NCBI GenBank assembly: GCA_041690395.1
Contig: JAWLHJ010000005.1
Coordinates: 448,001 to 512,000 of the forward strand
Origin: Longimicrobiales bacterium
GTDB taxonomy: Bacteria > Gemmatimonadota > Gemmatimonadetes > Longimicrobiales > Gaopeijiaceae
DNA: 64,000 nucleotides
Direction of reading: 5' to 3'
This document shows positions 9,803-19,314 of the stretch, one piece after another. The translations under genes and the position numbers were made by a program. Position 1 is the stretch's first letter; each line of letters opens with the position of its first letter. The notes beneath the pieces were generated by a model. It had not been told where the DNA came from and did no database searches. It was given only the letters and a program-made list of their open reading frames with translations.

Positions 9803-12460
9803 TCAGCGTCCGGTGAGCGCCTCCACCGGGTCGACCCGCGCGGCCCGGCGCGCGGGCACGTACGACGCTATCGCCACCACGACGCCGAGTACAGCCGTGG
9901 CGATCAGGAGCGCGGCGGCATCGAGCGGTTCCACACCCATCGTGAAGGCTCCGGCGTTCGGTGCCACGACCGCGACGGCCAGGGCGCCCAGCGCGAATCC
10001 GACCGCCACCGTCGCGAGAACACGGCCGGTGACGAGCCGGATGACGCGCCCCGGCTCGGCGCCCAGCGCGATGCGGAGCCCGATCTCGGAGCGGCGCCCC
10101 GCCACCGTCAGCGAGACGATCGTGTAGATGCCGATGCTGGCCAGAATCAGGGCGAGCAGCGAGAAGAGGCCGAGCACCCCGGTCGCCAGCCGCGGCCCCG
10201 CGAGCGCCGCTGTCAGGTGGCCCCGCATGGTGTCGAGACGGTCCACGGGCAGCCGGGGGTTCAGCTCGCGAAGCGTCGAGCGCATGACGGGCAGGAGCGA
10301 GGCGGGATCCACGTCAGCGCTCACCACGAAGGTGGGCGCATCGACGGCGGACTCGGGCATGGCATAGTAGAGCATGGGAAGGTCGGGACCGCCCAGGTCG
10401 CCCACCGTGACGTCGGAGACGACGCCCACGACCTGGACCCATGCGTCGGGCGCTCCCTGCGGCCGGACGCGCCCCCCGATCGCCGCGTCGGGGTCGCCCC
10501 AGAAGCGGCGGGCGGCCGTCTCGTTCACGATGACCGACTGGCGCGGGCCGATGCGGTCGTTGGGTCCGTAGCCTCGTCCGGTGACGACCGACATGCCGAC
10601 GGTCTCGAAGTAGCCGGGACTGACGTACGCGAACGGGAGCTCTACGGACCCGGTGCCCACCTGCGGGTCGTACCCTTCCACGACCGTCGTCGTGCTGCCG
10701 CCCCCCGACACCGGGATCCGCGTGGTGAGCGCCACGGACGACACGCCCGGGATCGCCTCGAGCCGCTCGATCAGGGTGGCGGCCGTGGCCTGGCGGCTCT
10801 CTGGCTCGATTCCGGCCTGCGAGAACGTGGTCCTCAGCAGGGCGAGGCGGTCGACCTCCACTCCCGTGTCGATCTGTTGATAGCGGGCCAGCCCGCTCAC
10901 CATGAGGCTCGCCCCCACGACCAGCACTACGGACGCCGCGACCTGGACAGCCACCATGCCGTCGCGGAAGAGGAACGCGCGTCGGTTGCCAGAGACGGCG
11001 GTCTCGTCCCGGAGCGCCCCGGCCACGTCCGTACGTAGCGACTGCAGCGCCGGCGCCCATCCGAAAAACACGCCGGTACCGACCATGAGTGCGACAGCGA
11101 ACAGCCCGACCTGCGGGTCGAGGCTCACGTCGAGGGCGCCGCCTCCGGCCGGGCTCGGGATGGTGCGCATGACGGAGATCAGCCACCCGGCGAGCACCAA
11201 CCCGACCCCGCCCCCGAGCAGGGAGAGGAGCAGCCCTTCGGACACGAACAGGCCGGCGACCCGCCCCTGGCCCGCGCCGAGCGCGCGCCGCACCGCGATC
11301 TCCGGCCCGCGCGCCATCCCGCGGACGAGGAGGAGGCTGCCCAGGTTCGTGGCCGCCAGCACCAGCACCAACCCGACGATGCCCATGATCGCCGCGGCGA
11401 CGGCCCGGATGTTGGCGTCCTCCGAGGGATGGACCCGCACGTCGGTGGCCGGGAAGACCGTGATGCCGCGCCCCTCGTTGAGCTCCGGGAACCCTTCGGC
11501 CAGCCGCAGGGCGAGCGCGTCCATGGCCTCCCGGGCCCGCGTGAGGGTGACCCCGTCGGCGAGGCGGGCCCGGACGTCGTACCAGTGGTCCTGCCTTCGC
11601 TCGAGATTCGTGACGCGGTAGCTGCCGCCGACGGGCGTGCTCGAGATCGAGAGCCAGAAGTCCGTGACCGCGAAGCCGAAAACGCCGTTGAAGTCCCGCG
11701 GCCCGACCCCGATCACCTCGACCGGCTGCCCGTTGAGCTCGATTGTCCGCCCGATCAAGCCGGCGTCCGAGCCGAACCGGCGTTCCCAAGCGGCGTGGCT
11801 CACCACCGCGAAGTGACCGGCGCCGACCTCGTCCATTCCCGTGTCGAACCAGCGACCCCGGTGGGGCGTGAGTCCGAGCGTGGGCAGCAGCGTCGACGTC
11901 GTGTACTCGATGGCTACGGACTGCGTGCCCTCTCCGACCGTGAGGTTGGCGGATTCGGGGGACGTGGCTCCGACCGCCGCGAAGACGTCCGTCGTGGCCA
12001 GCATGTCGAGGTACGCCGGGTACGAGGTCGATGCCGGCTCGCCGTCGTCGGAGTCCTGGTAGACGTGGACTACCCGCTCGACGTCGGCGTAGGGCGGCCG
12101 CTCGAAGAGCGCAGCGTGGACCAGCGCGAACATCGCCGTGTTGGCGCCGATGGCGACCGCGACGATCGCCACGGCGCCCAGCGTGAAGAGCGGCGTCGCG
12201 CGTAGTCTCCGCAGCGCGTATCCCATGTCCTGAACCCATCCACGCATGCCACCCCTCCCGCTCCGGTTCTCGATCAGCCCACTCGTGGTCCAGGTCCGGG
12301 CCACGTCCCACAGCGTCGCGGCCACCACGACGGCAAGACTCATCGCGCTCCCGGACCGTGCTCGTTCCAACCGCGCCGCGACGAGCGCCTCCATCTCGGC
12401 GCCGTGCTCGTGACGGAGCCCTGCCGGGTACAGCGAGCAGAGGACCCGCGCGAGCCTCAT
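9803..12460 (-). CDS. ADOP-type duplicated FtsX/MacB ABC permease (cassette A)
   Basis: AIGANTAMF, EIAVRRALGA, EIGLRIALGA, PARRAARVDPVEAL; start MRLARVLCSLYP overlaps the padR stop (ATGA). Confidence 0.92.
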   Translation of the reverse strand: MRLARVLCSLYPAGLRHEHGAEMEALVAARLERARSGSAMSLAVVVAATLWDVARTWTTSGLIENRSGRGGMRGWVQDMGYALRRLRATPLFTLGAVAIVAVAIGANTAMFALVHAALFERPPYADVERVVHVYQDSDDGEPASTSYPAYLDMLATTDVFAAVGATSPESANLTVGEGTQSVAIEYTTSTLLPTLGLTPHRGRWFDTGMDEVGAGHFAVVSHAAWERRFGSDAGLIGRTIELNGQPVEVIGVGPRDFNGVFGFAVTDFWLSISSTPVGGSYRVTNLERRQDHWYDVRARLADGVTLTRAREAMDALALRLAEGFPELNEGRGITVFPATDVRVHPSEDANIRAVAAAIMGIVGLVLVLAATNLGSLLLVRGMARGPEIAVRRALGAGQGRVAGLFVSEGLLLSLLGGGVGLVLAGWLISVMRTIPSPAGGGALDVSLDPQVGLFAVALMVGTGVFFGWAPALQSLRTDVAGALRDETAVSGNRRAFLFRDGMVAVQVAASVVLVVGASLMVSGLARYQQIDTGVEVDRLALLRTTFSQAGIEPESRQATAATLIERLEAIPGVSSVALTTRIPVSGGGSTTTVVEGYDPQVGTGSVELPFAYVSPGYFETVGMSVVTGRGYGPNDRIGPRQSVIVNETAARRFWGDPDAAIGGRVRPQGAPDAWVQVVGVVSDVTVGDLGGPDLPMLYYAMPESAVDAPTFVVSADVDPASLLPVMRSTLRELNPRLPVDRLDTMRGHLTAALAGPRLATGVLGLFSLLALILASIGIYTIVSLTVAGRRSEIGLRIALGAEPGRVIRLVTGRVLATVAVGFALGALAVAVVAPNAGAFTMGVEPLDAAALLIATAVLGVVVAIASYVPARRAARVDPVEALTGR

Positions 12461-12795
12461 GCGCGCTCCCCGGCCACCCTCACCTTGGCCAGGTCCACCA
12501 GCCGCCCCAGCCGCGCCACCTCCGCTTCGAGCAGCGCGCGCCCCGACTCCGTGAGCCGGTAGTACTTGCGCCTGGGGTCCGCGTCCTCGTCCGGTGGTGA
12601 CGCGGGCGCCACCAGTCCGCCGTCCCGCATCTCGTCGAGCGAGCGGTACAGCGTGCCCGGGCCGAGCGTGACCGCACCCTCGGAGGCGGCCTCGACCTCG
12701 TCGGCGATGCCGAGCCCGTGCCGCGCCGCCGTCGAGAGCGCGAGTAGGATGTGGAAGACCGGGGGACGCAGGGGCAGATCCATCGTGTCGGGCAT
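12457..12795 (-). CDS. PadR family transcriptional regulator (cassette A)
   Basis: FHILLAL, GPGTLYRSL, RRKYYRLTESGR winged-helix motifs; GGAG SD. Confidence 0.92.
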   Translation of the reverse strand: MPDTMDLPLRPPVFHILLALSTAARHGLGIADEVEAASEGAVTLGPGTLYRSLDEMRDGGLVAPASPPDEDADPRRKYYRLTESGRALLEAEVARLGRLVDLAKVRVAGERA

Positions 12796-12812
12796 CGAGG
12801 CTCCGTGTTGAA

Positions 12813-12853
12813 GTATCCGCAACAGATATATCTACAGCGGATACATATGTCAA
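12813..12853 (-). promoter_or_regulatory. Palindromic operator overlapping the padR-A promoter
   Basis: gtatccgc-aac-agatatatct-aca-gcggatac (12813-12844) inverted repeat; TTGACA on the minus strand at 12848-12853. Confidence 0.7.
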
Positions 12854-12953
12854 ACGAGGCGTCTGGCCCTGGAGCGTCACGCGAGACGTTGCCCGGCGCC
12901 CCGACCGTGGCCCATGATGCGGTACCGTGCCCGCAGCCATCAGAGGAGTCGTC

Positions 12954-14168
12954 GTGTCCCAGCCGCTCACCGTTCTTCCATCCCGCCGGCGGCACTCCCG
13001 CCGCCGCCTTGCCGCGCTTGGCGTCACCGTTCTGGCGCTCGCCGCGTGTGGCCCCGAGGCCGACCCGGCGGCACGCAACGCCGAGAGCTCGGCCGCCGTC
13101 GCGGATGCACCCGTGGCCGAGCCCGACCACGTGGTCGAGGCCGTGCCCGAGAACCTGCACTGGGGGTGGTTCCCGACGGACGCCGAGCCGGTGCTTCGGA
13201 TGACCTCGGGTGAGACCGTGCGGATCGAGACCATCACGCACGCCGGCGCCACGCAGGACGAGCATCCTGTCGCGTATCTGGAGGCGCTCGGCGTGCCGCG
13301 CGATCAGGTCCTCGATCAGGTCATCGCGTTCTGGGAGGATCGGGAGGGACGGGCGCGCGAGGGCCGGAGCGGTCACGTGATCACCGGTCCCGTCTACGTG
13401 GAGGGAGCCCGTCCGGGCGACGTCCTCGAGATCCAGATCCTCGACGTCGAGACCCGCGTCCCCTGGGGGATCAACAACACGAGCTCGCGCGGAGGCGTCT
13501 TCTCGGCCTCGTATCCCGGCTACCGCGACGGTGACCCGGAGCTCGACATCCCGCCGGGCACCCGGCACCTGATCCGGACCGGTATGTCGGGCGGGCGCGA
13601 AGTCGCGTTCTACCCGAACGGCATCGAGGTCCCGCTGGAGCCCTTCATGGGCATCCTGGCCGTCGCGCCCGACCCGGTCGTGGGCCAGCCCGGCGTGACC
13701 GTGCCCGGCGTCCAGAGCTCGAGGCCTCCGGGACCGTTCGGCGGCAACCTCGACGTGAAGGACCTCGCCGCGGGGACCACGCTGTACCTACCGGTCTTCC
13801 AGGAGGGCGCGCTCTTCTACGTCGGGGACGGGCACGGGGCCCAGGGCGACGGAGAGGTGAGCGGTACCGCCGTGGAGCAGTCTCTCACCGGCACGTTCCG
13901 GCTGGTGCTCCACCAGGATCGCTCCCTGACGCTCCCGCGTGCCGAGAACGCCACGCATCACATGCTCATGGGCATCGCGCTGGATCTCGACCGCGCAGCG
14001 CGTGACGCCACCTGGGAGGTCGTCGACTTCCTGGTGGAGGAGCACGGGCTCACGCCGGCCGAGGCGCTGTCGCTCGCGAGCGTGGCCGTCGACTTCCGCG
14101 TCAGCGAGGTCGTCGACCTGACGCAGGTCGTCACGGGGTACGTGCCGAAGGCCATCTTCCCGGAGTAA
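12954..14168 (+). CDS. Acetamidase/formamidase family protein with lipoprotein signal
   Basis: GHVITGPVYVEGARPGDVL, PFMG, GGNLD, GDGHGAQGDGEVSGTAVE; LALAAC lipobox; GAGGAG SD before GTG. Confidence 0.88.
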   Translation: MSQPLTVLPSRRRHSRRRLAALGVTVLALAACGPEADPAARNAESSAAVADAPVAEPDHVVEAVPENLHWGWFPTDAEPVLRMTSGETVRIETITHAGATQDEHPVAYLEALGVPRDQVLDQVIAFWEDREGRAREGRSGHVITGPVYVEGARPGDVLEIQILDVETRVPWGINNTSSRGGVFSASYPGYRDGDPELDIPPGTRHLIRTGMSGGREVAFYPNGIEVPLEPFMGILAVAPDPVVGQPGVTVPGVQSSRPPGPFGGNLDVKDLAAGTTLYLPVFQEGALFYVGDGHGAQGDGEVSGTAVEQSLTGTFRLVLHQDRSLTLPRAENATHHMLMGIALDLDRAARDATWEVVDFLVEEHGLTPAEALSLASVAVDFRVSEVVDLTQVVTGYVPKAIFPE

Positions 14169-14221
14169 GGCGCCACGCGGCCGGCCCGGAGCCGAGGTCG
14201 GCTGCCGGCCCGCGTGCCAGA

Positions 14222-15199
14222 TCAGGGGGCGGGCGGGACGGGCACGGCCACGCGCTGGTTGCGCACGAGCCAGCGACCGTCGATTCGCATGGGGAGCGGC
14301 TCGCCGGAGAGTGGCTCGGCGGCCGTTCCCGGAGTCTGCGCATGGATGTGGAGGTGCGGCTCGTCGGTGTTGCCGTTGTTCCCGACCCGGGCGATCTCGC
14401 TCCCGACGCGGACTTCTGCGCCGGGCTCCACCAGGACCGAGCCCTCCATGAGGTGCCCGAGCACGATCCACGCGTCGTCGCATCGGAGAATCACGTGGTT
14501 CCCGGCCATGTGCTCGCGGTCGCGCTCCGGGACGGGTAGGTCCGCGAGGTCGTCCCGGGCCCGGACCACCACGCCCGAGCAAGGAGCCACGACCGGGGTG
14601 CCGAAGATCGCGTAGCTCGCGGGGTCGGCCGGCTGGAGGCCCTCGAGCCGCGAGCCCCAGCCACCCACGGCGACCAGGTCCACCGCGTAGCTCTGGCCAC
14701 GATACTGACGGTACCGGGGGGTCGGGTCGAGCGTGTGGACGTGCGCGTTGACCGTCGTGTTGGCGCCGCCGTTGGCCACAAGGAAGACGCCCGTGGAGAG
14801 CGGGAACGACAGCTCCACCACGCGCGGCTCGTCGATGGGGATGCGCCCCGCCAGCGCGCGTCCCGCTCCAGCGAGCAGCACGACGGCCAGCGCGGCCCGC
14901 GCGTAGACACCGATTCGGGTTGCCCAGGTCCGGGAGGGCCAGGTCCGAGACTCAGGCCCGATGCGTCGCCACCCGACGACCGCCGTGACCACCCAGAGCG
15001 CCGCCCAGATCCACAGCAGCCCGAGCGGGAGCGCGAGCCACAGGCCGGCGAGCCCGGTCGCGAGCAGCAGGGCACCAAGGGCGAGCACGTGGGTGAGCCA
15101 GCCGACACGGGTCGGCCTCGGCCCGACGAGGGTCCATGCCATCCACAGGGGCGGGACGAGCCCCTGGACGATCAGCGGAATCCAGACTTGTGGCGTCAC
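14222..15199 (-). CDS. Membrane-anchored M23 family metallopeptidase
   Basis: Several N-terminal hydrophobic segments; YAVDL, PVVAPCSGVV, GNHV, VGNNGNTDEPHLHIH. Confidence 0.85.
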   Translation of the reverse strand: MTPQVWIPLIVQGLVPPLWMAWTLVGPRPTRVGWLTHVLALGALLLATGLAGLWLALPLGLLWIWAALWVVTAVVGWRRIGPESRTWPSRTWATRIGVYARAALAVVLLAGAGRALAGRIPIDEPRVVELSFPLSTGVFLVANGGANTTVNAHVHTLDPTPRYRQYRGQSYAVDLVAVGGWGSRLEGLQPADPASYAIFGTPVVAPCSGVVVRARDDLADLPVPERDREHMAGNHVILRCDDAWIVLGHLMEGSVLVEPGAEVRVGSEIARVGNNGNTDEPHLHIHAQTPGTAAEPLSGEPLPMRIDGRWLVRNQRVAVPVPPAP

Positions 15200-15420
15200 G
15201 CGGCCCTCCTCGAATGCGGTACATCGAGACTAACGGAGGACACGATTGCCGGGTGTCGGGAATCCTCCTCCGCCTGGTGTAGTGGCTTTCCTGCCGGGCA
15301 CGATGGGCATGCACCTTGCAGCTTCCTGGTGACGCAAGCGTCGAAGCCGGCGCGCGGGCCACACCCCGCTCCGGCACCCCCCTCGTCGCAACTTCTTATC
15401 CAATGCGAGTGAGGTGAGAC

Positions 15421-15858
15421 ATGGGACGCGATCGGGACAGGAGCACACAGGGGTCGACCGAGGCCATCTCCATCGTCGGCCCCGGCATGACGTTCGTCGG
15501 GGACTGCGAGACCGAGGGGACCATCCGCGTGGAGGGTCGCCTGGAGGGCTCCATTCGTGCCGGGCGCACCGTGGTCATCGGTCCGGACGGCATCGTGACC
15601 GGGGACGTGCGGGCCCGTGACGCGACCGTGGCCGGCACGATCAAGGGCACGCTCATCGCGGAGTCCAAGCTCGACCTGCAGGAGACGTGTCGTCTGGACG
15701 GCGAGGTGTACGCCCGCTCGGTGCGCGTCGGCGAGGGCGCGGTCGTCAACGCCGCCGTGCACATGGGCGAGGACGCCGTGGCCAGGGTGACGGGCGGTGA
15801 CAGGGCGAAGGGGCCGAAGCTCCACGACGAAGAGCTCGCGGGCGCTGCGAGCGCGTAG
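15421..15858 (+). CDS. Bactofilin (polymer-forming cytoskeletal protein)
   Basis: SIVGPGMTFVGD...IRVEGRLEGSI...VVIGPDGIVTGDV...VAGTIKG beta-helix pattern; GAGGTG SD. Confidence 0.9.
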   Translation: MGRDRDRSTQGSTEAISIVGPGMTFVGDCETEGTIRVEGRLEGSIRAGRTVVIGPDGIVTGDVRARDATVAGTIKGTLIAESKLDLQETCRLDGEVYARSVRVGEGAVVNAAVHMGEDAVARVTGGDRAKGPKLHDEELAGAASA

Positions 15859-15886
15859 CGGGGGCCAGCCGACCGGGGGCGAATCG

Positions 15887-16129
15887 GTGAGCGACGATCT
15901 CGATGACGACTTCGAAGACGAACTCGGAGAAACTTTCGCGGAGCTCGAAGGGGCGCTCACCGTGTGGTGTCCGTACTGCGGGGAGCCGGTCGAGCTGCTC
16001 GTCGATCCCGGCGGCGGCGCGCACCAGGAGTACGTCGAGGACTGCGAGGTGTGTTGCCGGCCCTGGCGCGTCGAAGTGCGCTTCGGGCGGGACGGCACAC
16101 CGGAAGCCGAAGTGAGCACGCTCGACTGA
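15887..16129 (+). CDS. CPXCG-motif cysteine-rich protein
   Basis: CPYCGE...VDP...QEYVEDCEVCCRPW. Confidence 0.88.
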   Translation: MSDDLDDDFEDELGETFAELEGALTVWCPYCGEPVELLVDPGGGAHQEYVEDCEVCCRPWRVEVRFGRDGTPEAEVSTLD

Positions 16130-16213
16130 GCGGGGCGGGGCGCGTCCGGCGATCGCCGGCCCGCCGGTGACGAGGCACCCCCTGAAACCAACCCTCGGCC
16201 CCGTCCGTAATGC

Positions 16214-16231
16214 TATGTAGAAAACGGCATT
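16214..16231 (+). promoter_or_regulatory. Putative PadR operator of cassette B (ATGT-N8-GCAT)
   Basis: tatgtagaaaacggcatt; 15/18 identical to the motif upstream of padR-G. Confidence 0.65.
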
Positions 16232-16300
16232 CATAGGTCGGGGAGTCGTGGTCGGCGCATGTGCACCGGTCCCCCCCTGGCCGCCTGGTCCGGGGATGGG

Positions 16301-16624
16301 ATGGGGGATCCGAGGATGACGCAGGTGACCGCGCTGGTGCTGCGCGCCGTCGCCGCGGGACACGCGTTCGGCTTCGACGTGATGGAGCGGTGCGGGCTTC
16401 CCAGCGGTACCGTGTACCCTGCGCTTCGACGCCTCGAGCGGGCCGGCTGGCTCGCCGCGGCTTGGGAGGATGCCGACACCGCGCACGCCGAGGGACGCCC
16501 GAGACGGAGGACCTACGCGCTCACCGAGCGCGGCCGCCGGGGCATGCCCGAGGCGGAGGCCAAGATCGCCGAGGTGGAGCGGGTGCTCCGCGACGCACCG
16601 GGGCCGGACGCGCGGGAGGCCTGA
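16301..16624 (+). CDS. PadR family transcriptional regulator (cassette B)
   Basis: FGFDVME..GLPSGTVYPALRRLE, RPRRRTYALTERGR; start 16301 or 16316. Confidence 0.92.
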   Translation: MGDPRMTQVTALVLRAVAAGHAFGFDVMERCGLPSGTVYPALRRLERAGWLAAAWEDADTAHAEGRPRRRTYALTERGRRGMPEAEAKIAEVERVLRDAPGPDAREA

Positions 16625-16627
16625 GCG

Positions 16628-19243
16628 GTGAGAAGGCTCTGGCTCCTGTCCGTCTGCCTGCTCGTCCCCCGGGACGAGCGCGTGGAGTGGGTGGAGGAGT
16701 GGGAAGGGGAGCTCGCCGCCTCCGGGTGGCGTTGGGTCGACGCGTTCGGGGCCCTCCCGGACGCCTGGCACTTGAGACGGGATGGGTGGACGATGGGACG
16801 CATGACGCAGGACGTGAGGCACGCGATCAAGGGACTCTGGCGGAAGCCCTTCTTCACCGCGCTCGCGGGGCTGACGCTCGCGATCGGCATCGGCGCGAAC
16901 ACCGCTATCTACAGCGTGGTCGACAGCGTGCTGCTCGACCCTCTGCCGTATCCGGAGAGCGACCGGCTCTACACGGTGAACCACACGGCCCCGGGTCTCG
17001 GCGTGCCGATCCTCCCCTACTCCGAGGGGATGTACCTGATGTACGCCGACGCCCTGGCCAGCCTGGACGGCCTCGCCGTCTTCCAGATGGACAACGTGAA
17101 CCTCGTGTTGGGGTCCGAGCCCGAGCGACTGTCTTCGGCCCGGGTCACGCAGCGCTTCTTCGACGTGCTCGGGGTACCTCCCACGCTCGGACGCACCTTC
17201 GTGGCGGGCGAGGACCGGGAGGGCGCGGAGCCGCTCGCGGTGCTCGGCTACGGTCTCTGGCGGCAGACGTTCGGCGGTGACCCTTCGGTGGTCGGCCGGA
17301 CGGTCGAGATGGACGGCGTCATGAGGCGGGTGATCGGCGTCATGCCCGAAGGCTTCCAGTTTCCCCAGGACGCCGAGATGTGGACGCAGCTCGAGGTCGA
17401 TCCGGCGGACGCCGACCAGGGGTCGTTCAGCTACATGGGGATAGGGCGGCTGACCGCGGGGGCCACGCCCGAGGCGCTCAACCAGGAGATGGACCAGCTC
17501 CTCCTCCGGTTCGCGGACGTGAACGGCGACGACCTGCCGCGCACGGTCCTGGAGCAGGGACAGATCCGCGGCGACGCCAAGCCCCTGAAGGAGATGTACG
17601 TCGAGGACATCCGGCAGGCGCTGTGGGTCGTGCTCGGAACGGTGGGCTTCGTGCTCCTGATCGCCTGCGCCAACGTCGCCAACCTCTTCCTCGTGCGCGC
17701 GGAGGCGAGGCAGCGGGAGCAGGCGGTACGGACCGCCATGGGCGCGACCCGCGGCGACATGATCCGGCACTATCTCACCGAGAGCGTGACGCTGGGTCTC
17801 GGTGCCGGCGTCATCGGCCTCGGGCTCGCCAGCCTCGGCGTGCGGGGCCTGTTGGCGATGGCTCCGGTGGCGCTCCCCCGGGCGGCCGAAGTCGGGATCG
17901 ACGGGAGTGTGCTCGCGTACACGGCGGTGATCTCCATCCTCTCCGGCCTGCTTTTCGGGCTCTTCCCGGTGTTCGGATACGCCAACCGTGACCTGTCGGG
18001 GGCCTTGAAGGAGGGCGGGCGGTCGTCGACCACCGGCAGGGGGCGGAGCCGGGTCCAGAGTGGGCTCGTCGTCGCCCAGGTCGCGCTGGCGCTCATGCTG
18101 CTGGTCGGCTCGGGGCTGATGGCCCGCAGCTTCGCGGCGATCCGCTCGGTCGATCCGGGCTTCGAGGAGGAGGGCAGACTGACGTTCCGGATCTCGCTTC
18201 CCTCCGCCGAGTACCCGGAGGTCGAGGACGCAAGCGCGTTCTACCGAGCGTTCCGGGATCGTCTCGAGGCCGAGCCGGGCGTGACCCGGGCGGCGCTCGC
18301 GTCGTCCATGCCGCTCACGGGATCGCGGGCCCAGAGCTCGTTCCGACCCGACGACCAGCCCCTCCCCGAGGGAGAGCTCGGTCCGCTCGTGAACCTGCAC
18401 TGGGCCGGGCCTGGATACTTCGAGGCCATGGGGATCGAGATCGTGGAGGGCCGTGGGCTCGGGGAGGACGACGCGGCCGGCGGACTCCGGTCCGTCGTGG
18501 TGAGTGAGCGGATGGCCCGCCAGCTCTGGCCCGGCGAGGGGTCCGTGCTCGGACGTCGTATCGTGGGCATGGGCGACACCGACGAGAGCTGGGAGATCGT
18601 CGGCGTGGTGCGGGACGTGCACTTCGAGAGCCTGTCCGAGGAGCCCGGGCTGATGGCGTATTTCCCACTGGTGTCGGGGGACTCGGACGCCGCGTTCGCC
18701 CAACGGGCCCTCTCCGTGGTGGTGCATGGAAGGGGGGACCCGCTCGCGCTCGTCGACGGCGCGCGGCAGGCGCTCCGCGAGGTGGACGGACGGCTGCCGA
18801 TGGTCGATCCCCGACCGCTGGCCCGGGTCGTGAGTGAGGCGAGCGCCGCGACGTCGTTCACCGTCGTGCTCCTCGGCATCGCGGCGAGCATCGCGCTCCT
18901 GCTCGGGGCGGTCGGGATCTACGGCGTCATCTCGTACGTGGTGGGGCGGCGCACCCAGGAGATCGGCGTGCGGATGGCCCTCGGCGCACCGGCGGGGCTC
19001 GTGCTGCGGAACGTCATCGGGCAGGGGATGGCCCTCGCCGGAACCGGGGTGGTGGTCGGCCTGGTCGGCGCGTGGGGCGCGAGCCGGGTGCTCGCGTCGC
19101 TCCTGTACGGGGTGAGCGCGACGGATCCCACGACCTATGCGGTCACCGCGGGCGCGCTGGCGTTCGTGGCGCTGGTGGCGTCGTGGCTCCCGGCCCGCCG
19201 GGCAGCCGGACTCGACCCGGTGAGGGCGTTGAAGGCGGAGTAG
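16628..19243 (+). CDS. ADOP-type duplicated permease (cassette B)
   Basis: LAIGIGANTAIYSVV, LLIACANVANL, RRTQEIGVRMALGA, PARRAAGLDPVRALKAE. Confidence 0.95.
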   Translation: MRRLWLLSVCLLVPRDERVEWVEEWEGELAASGWRWVDAFGALPDAWHLRRDGWTMGRMTQDVRHAIKGLWRKPFFTALAGLTLAIGIGANTAIYSVVDSVLLDPLPYPESDRLYTVNHTAPGLGVPILPYSEGMYLMYADALASLDGLAVFQMDNVNLVLGSEPERLSSARVTQRFFDVLGVPPTLGRTFVAGEDREGAEPLAVLGYGLWRQTFGGDPSVVGRTVEMDGVMRRVIGVMPEGFQFPQDAEMWTQLEVDPADADQGSFSYMGIGRLTAGATPEALNQEMDQLLLRFADVNGDDLPRTVLEQGQIRGDAKPLKEMYVEDIRQALWVVLGTVGFVLLIACANVANLFLVRAEARQREQAVRTAMGATRGDMIRHYLTESVTLGLGAGVIGLGLASLGVRGLLAMAPVALPRAAEVGIDGSVLAYTAVISILSGLLFGLFPVFGYANRDLSGALKEGGRSSTTGRGRSRVQSGLVVAQVALALMLLVGSGLMARSFAAIRSVDPGFEEEGRLTFRISLPSAEYPEVEDASAFYRAFRDRLEAEPGVTRAALASSMPLTGSRAQSSFRPDDQPLPEGELGPLVNLHWAGPGYFEAMGIEIVEGRGLGEDDAAGGLRSVVVSERMARQLWPGEGSVLGRRIVGMGDTDESWEIVGVVRDVHFESLSEEPGLMAYFPLVSGDSDAAFAQRALSVVVHGRGDPLALVDGARQALREVDGRLPMVDPRPLARVVSEASAATSFTVVLLGIAASIALLLGAVGIYGVISYVVGRRTQEIGVRMALGAPAGLVLRNVIGQGMALAGTGVVVGLVGAWGASRVLASLLYGVSATDPTTYAVTAGALAFVALVASWLPARRAAGLDPVRALKAE

Positions 19244-19314
19244 CGCACCGATCTGGCCGGTCGCTCGGCCGCGCTCGTATGTTGGCCTTCCACTCACCTC
19301 GGGGAGGCTCGTCG

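Noticed and set aside
14222..15858. Canonical M23-bactofilin cell-shape operon
   Set aside because: The genes are divergent, and this M23 has a multi-TM N-terminus rather than the coiled-coil type usually co-transcribed with bactofilins.
15746..19297. Very long antisense ORFs (also 1334-2893, 6259-8427, 22298-24613, 25422-27287)
   Set aside because: Shadow frames opposite well-supported genes, expected in very GC-rich DNA; no recognisable motifs.
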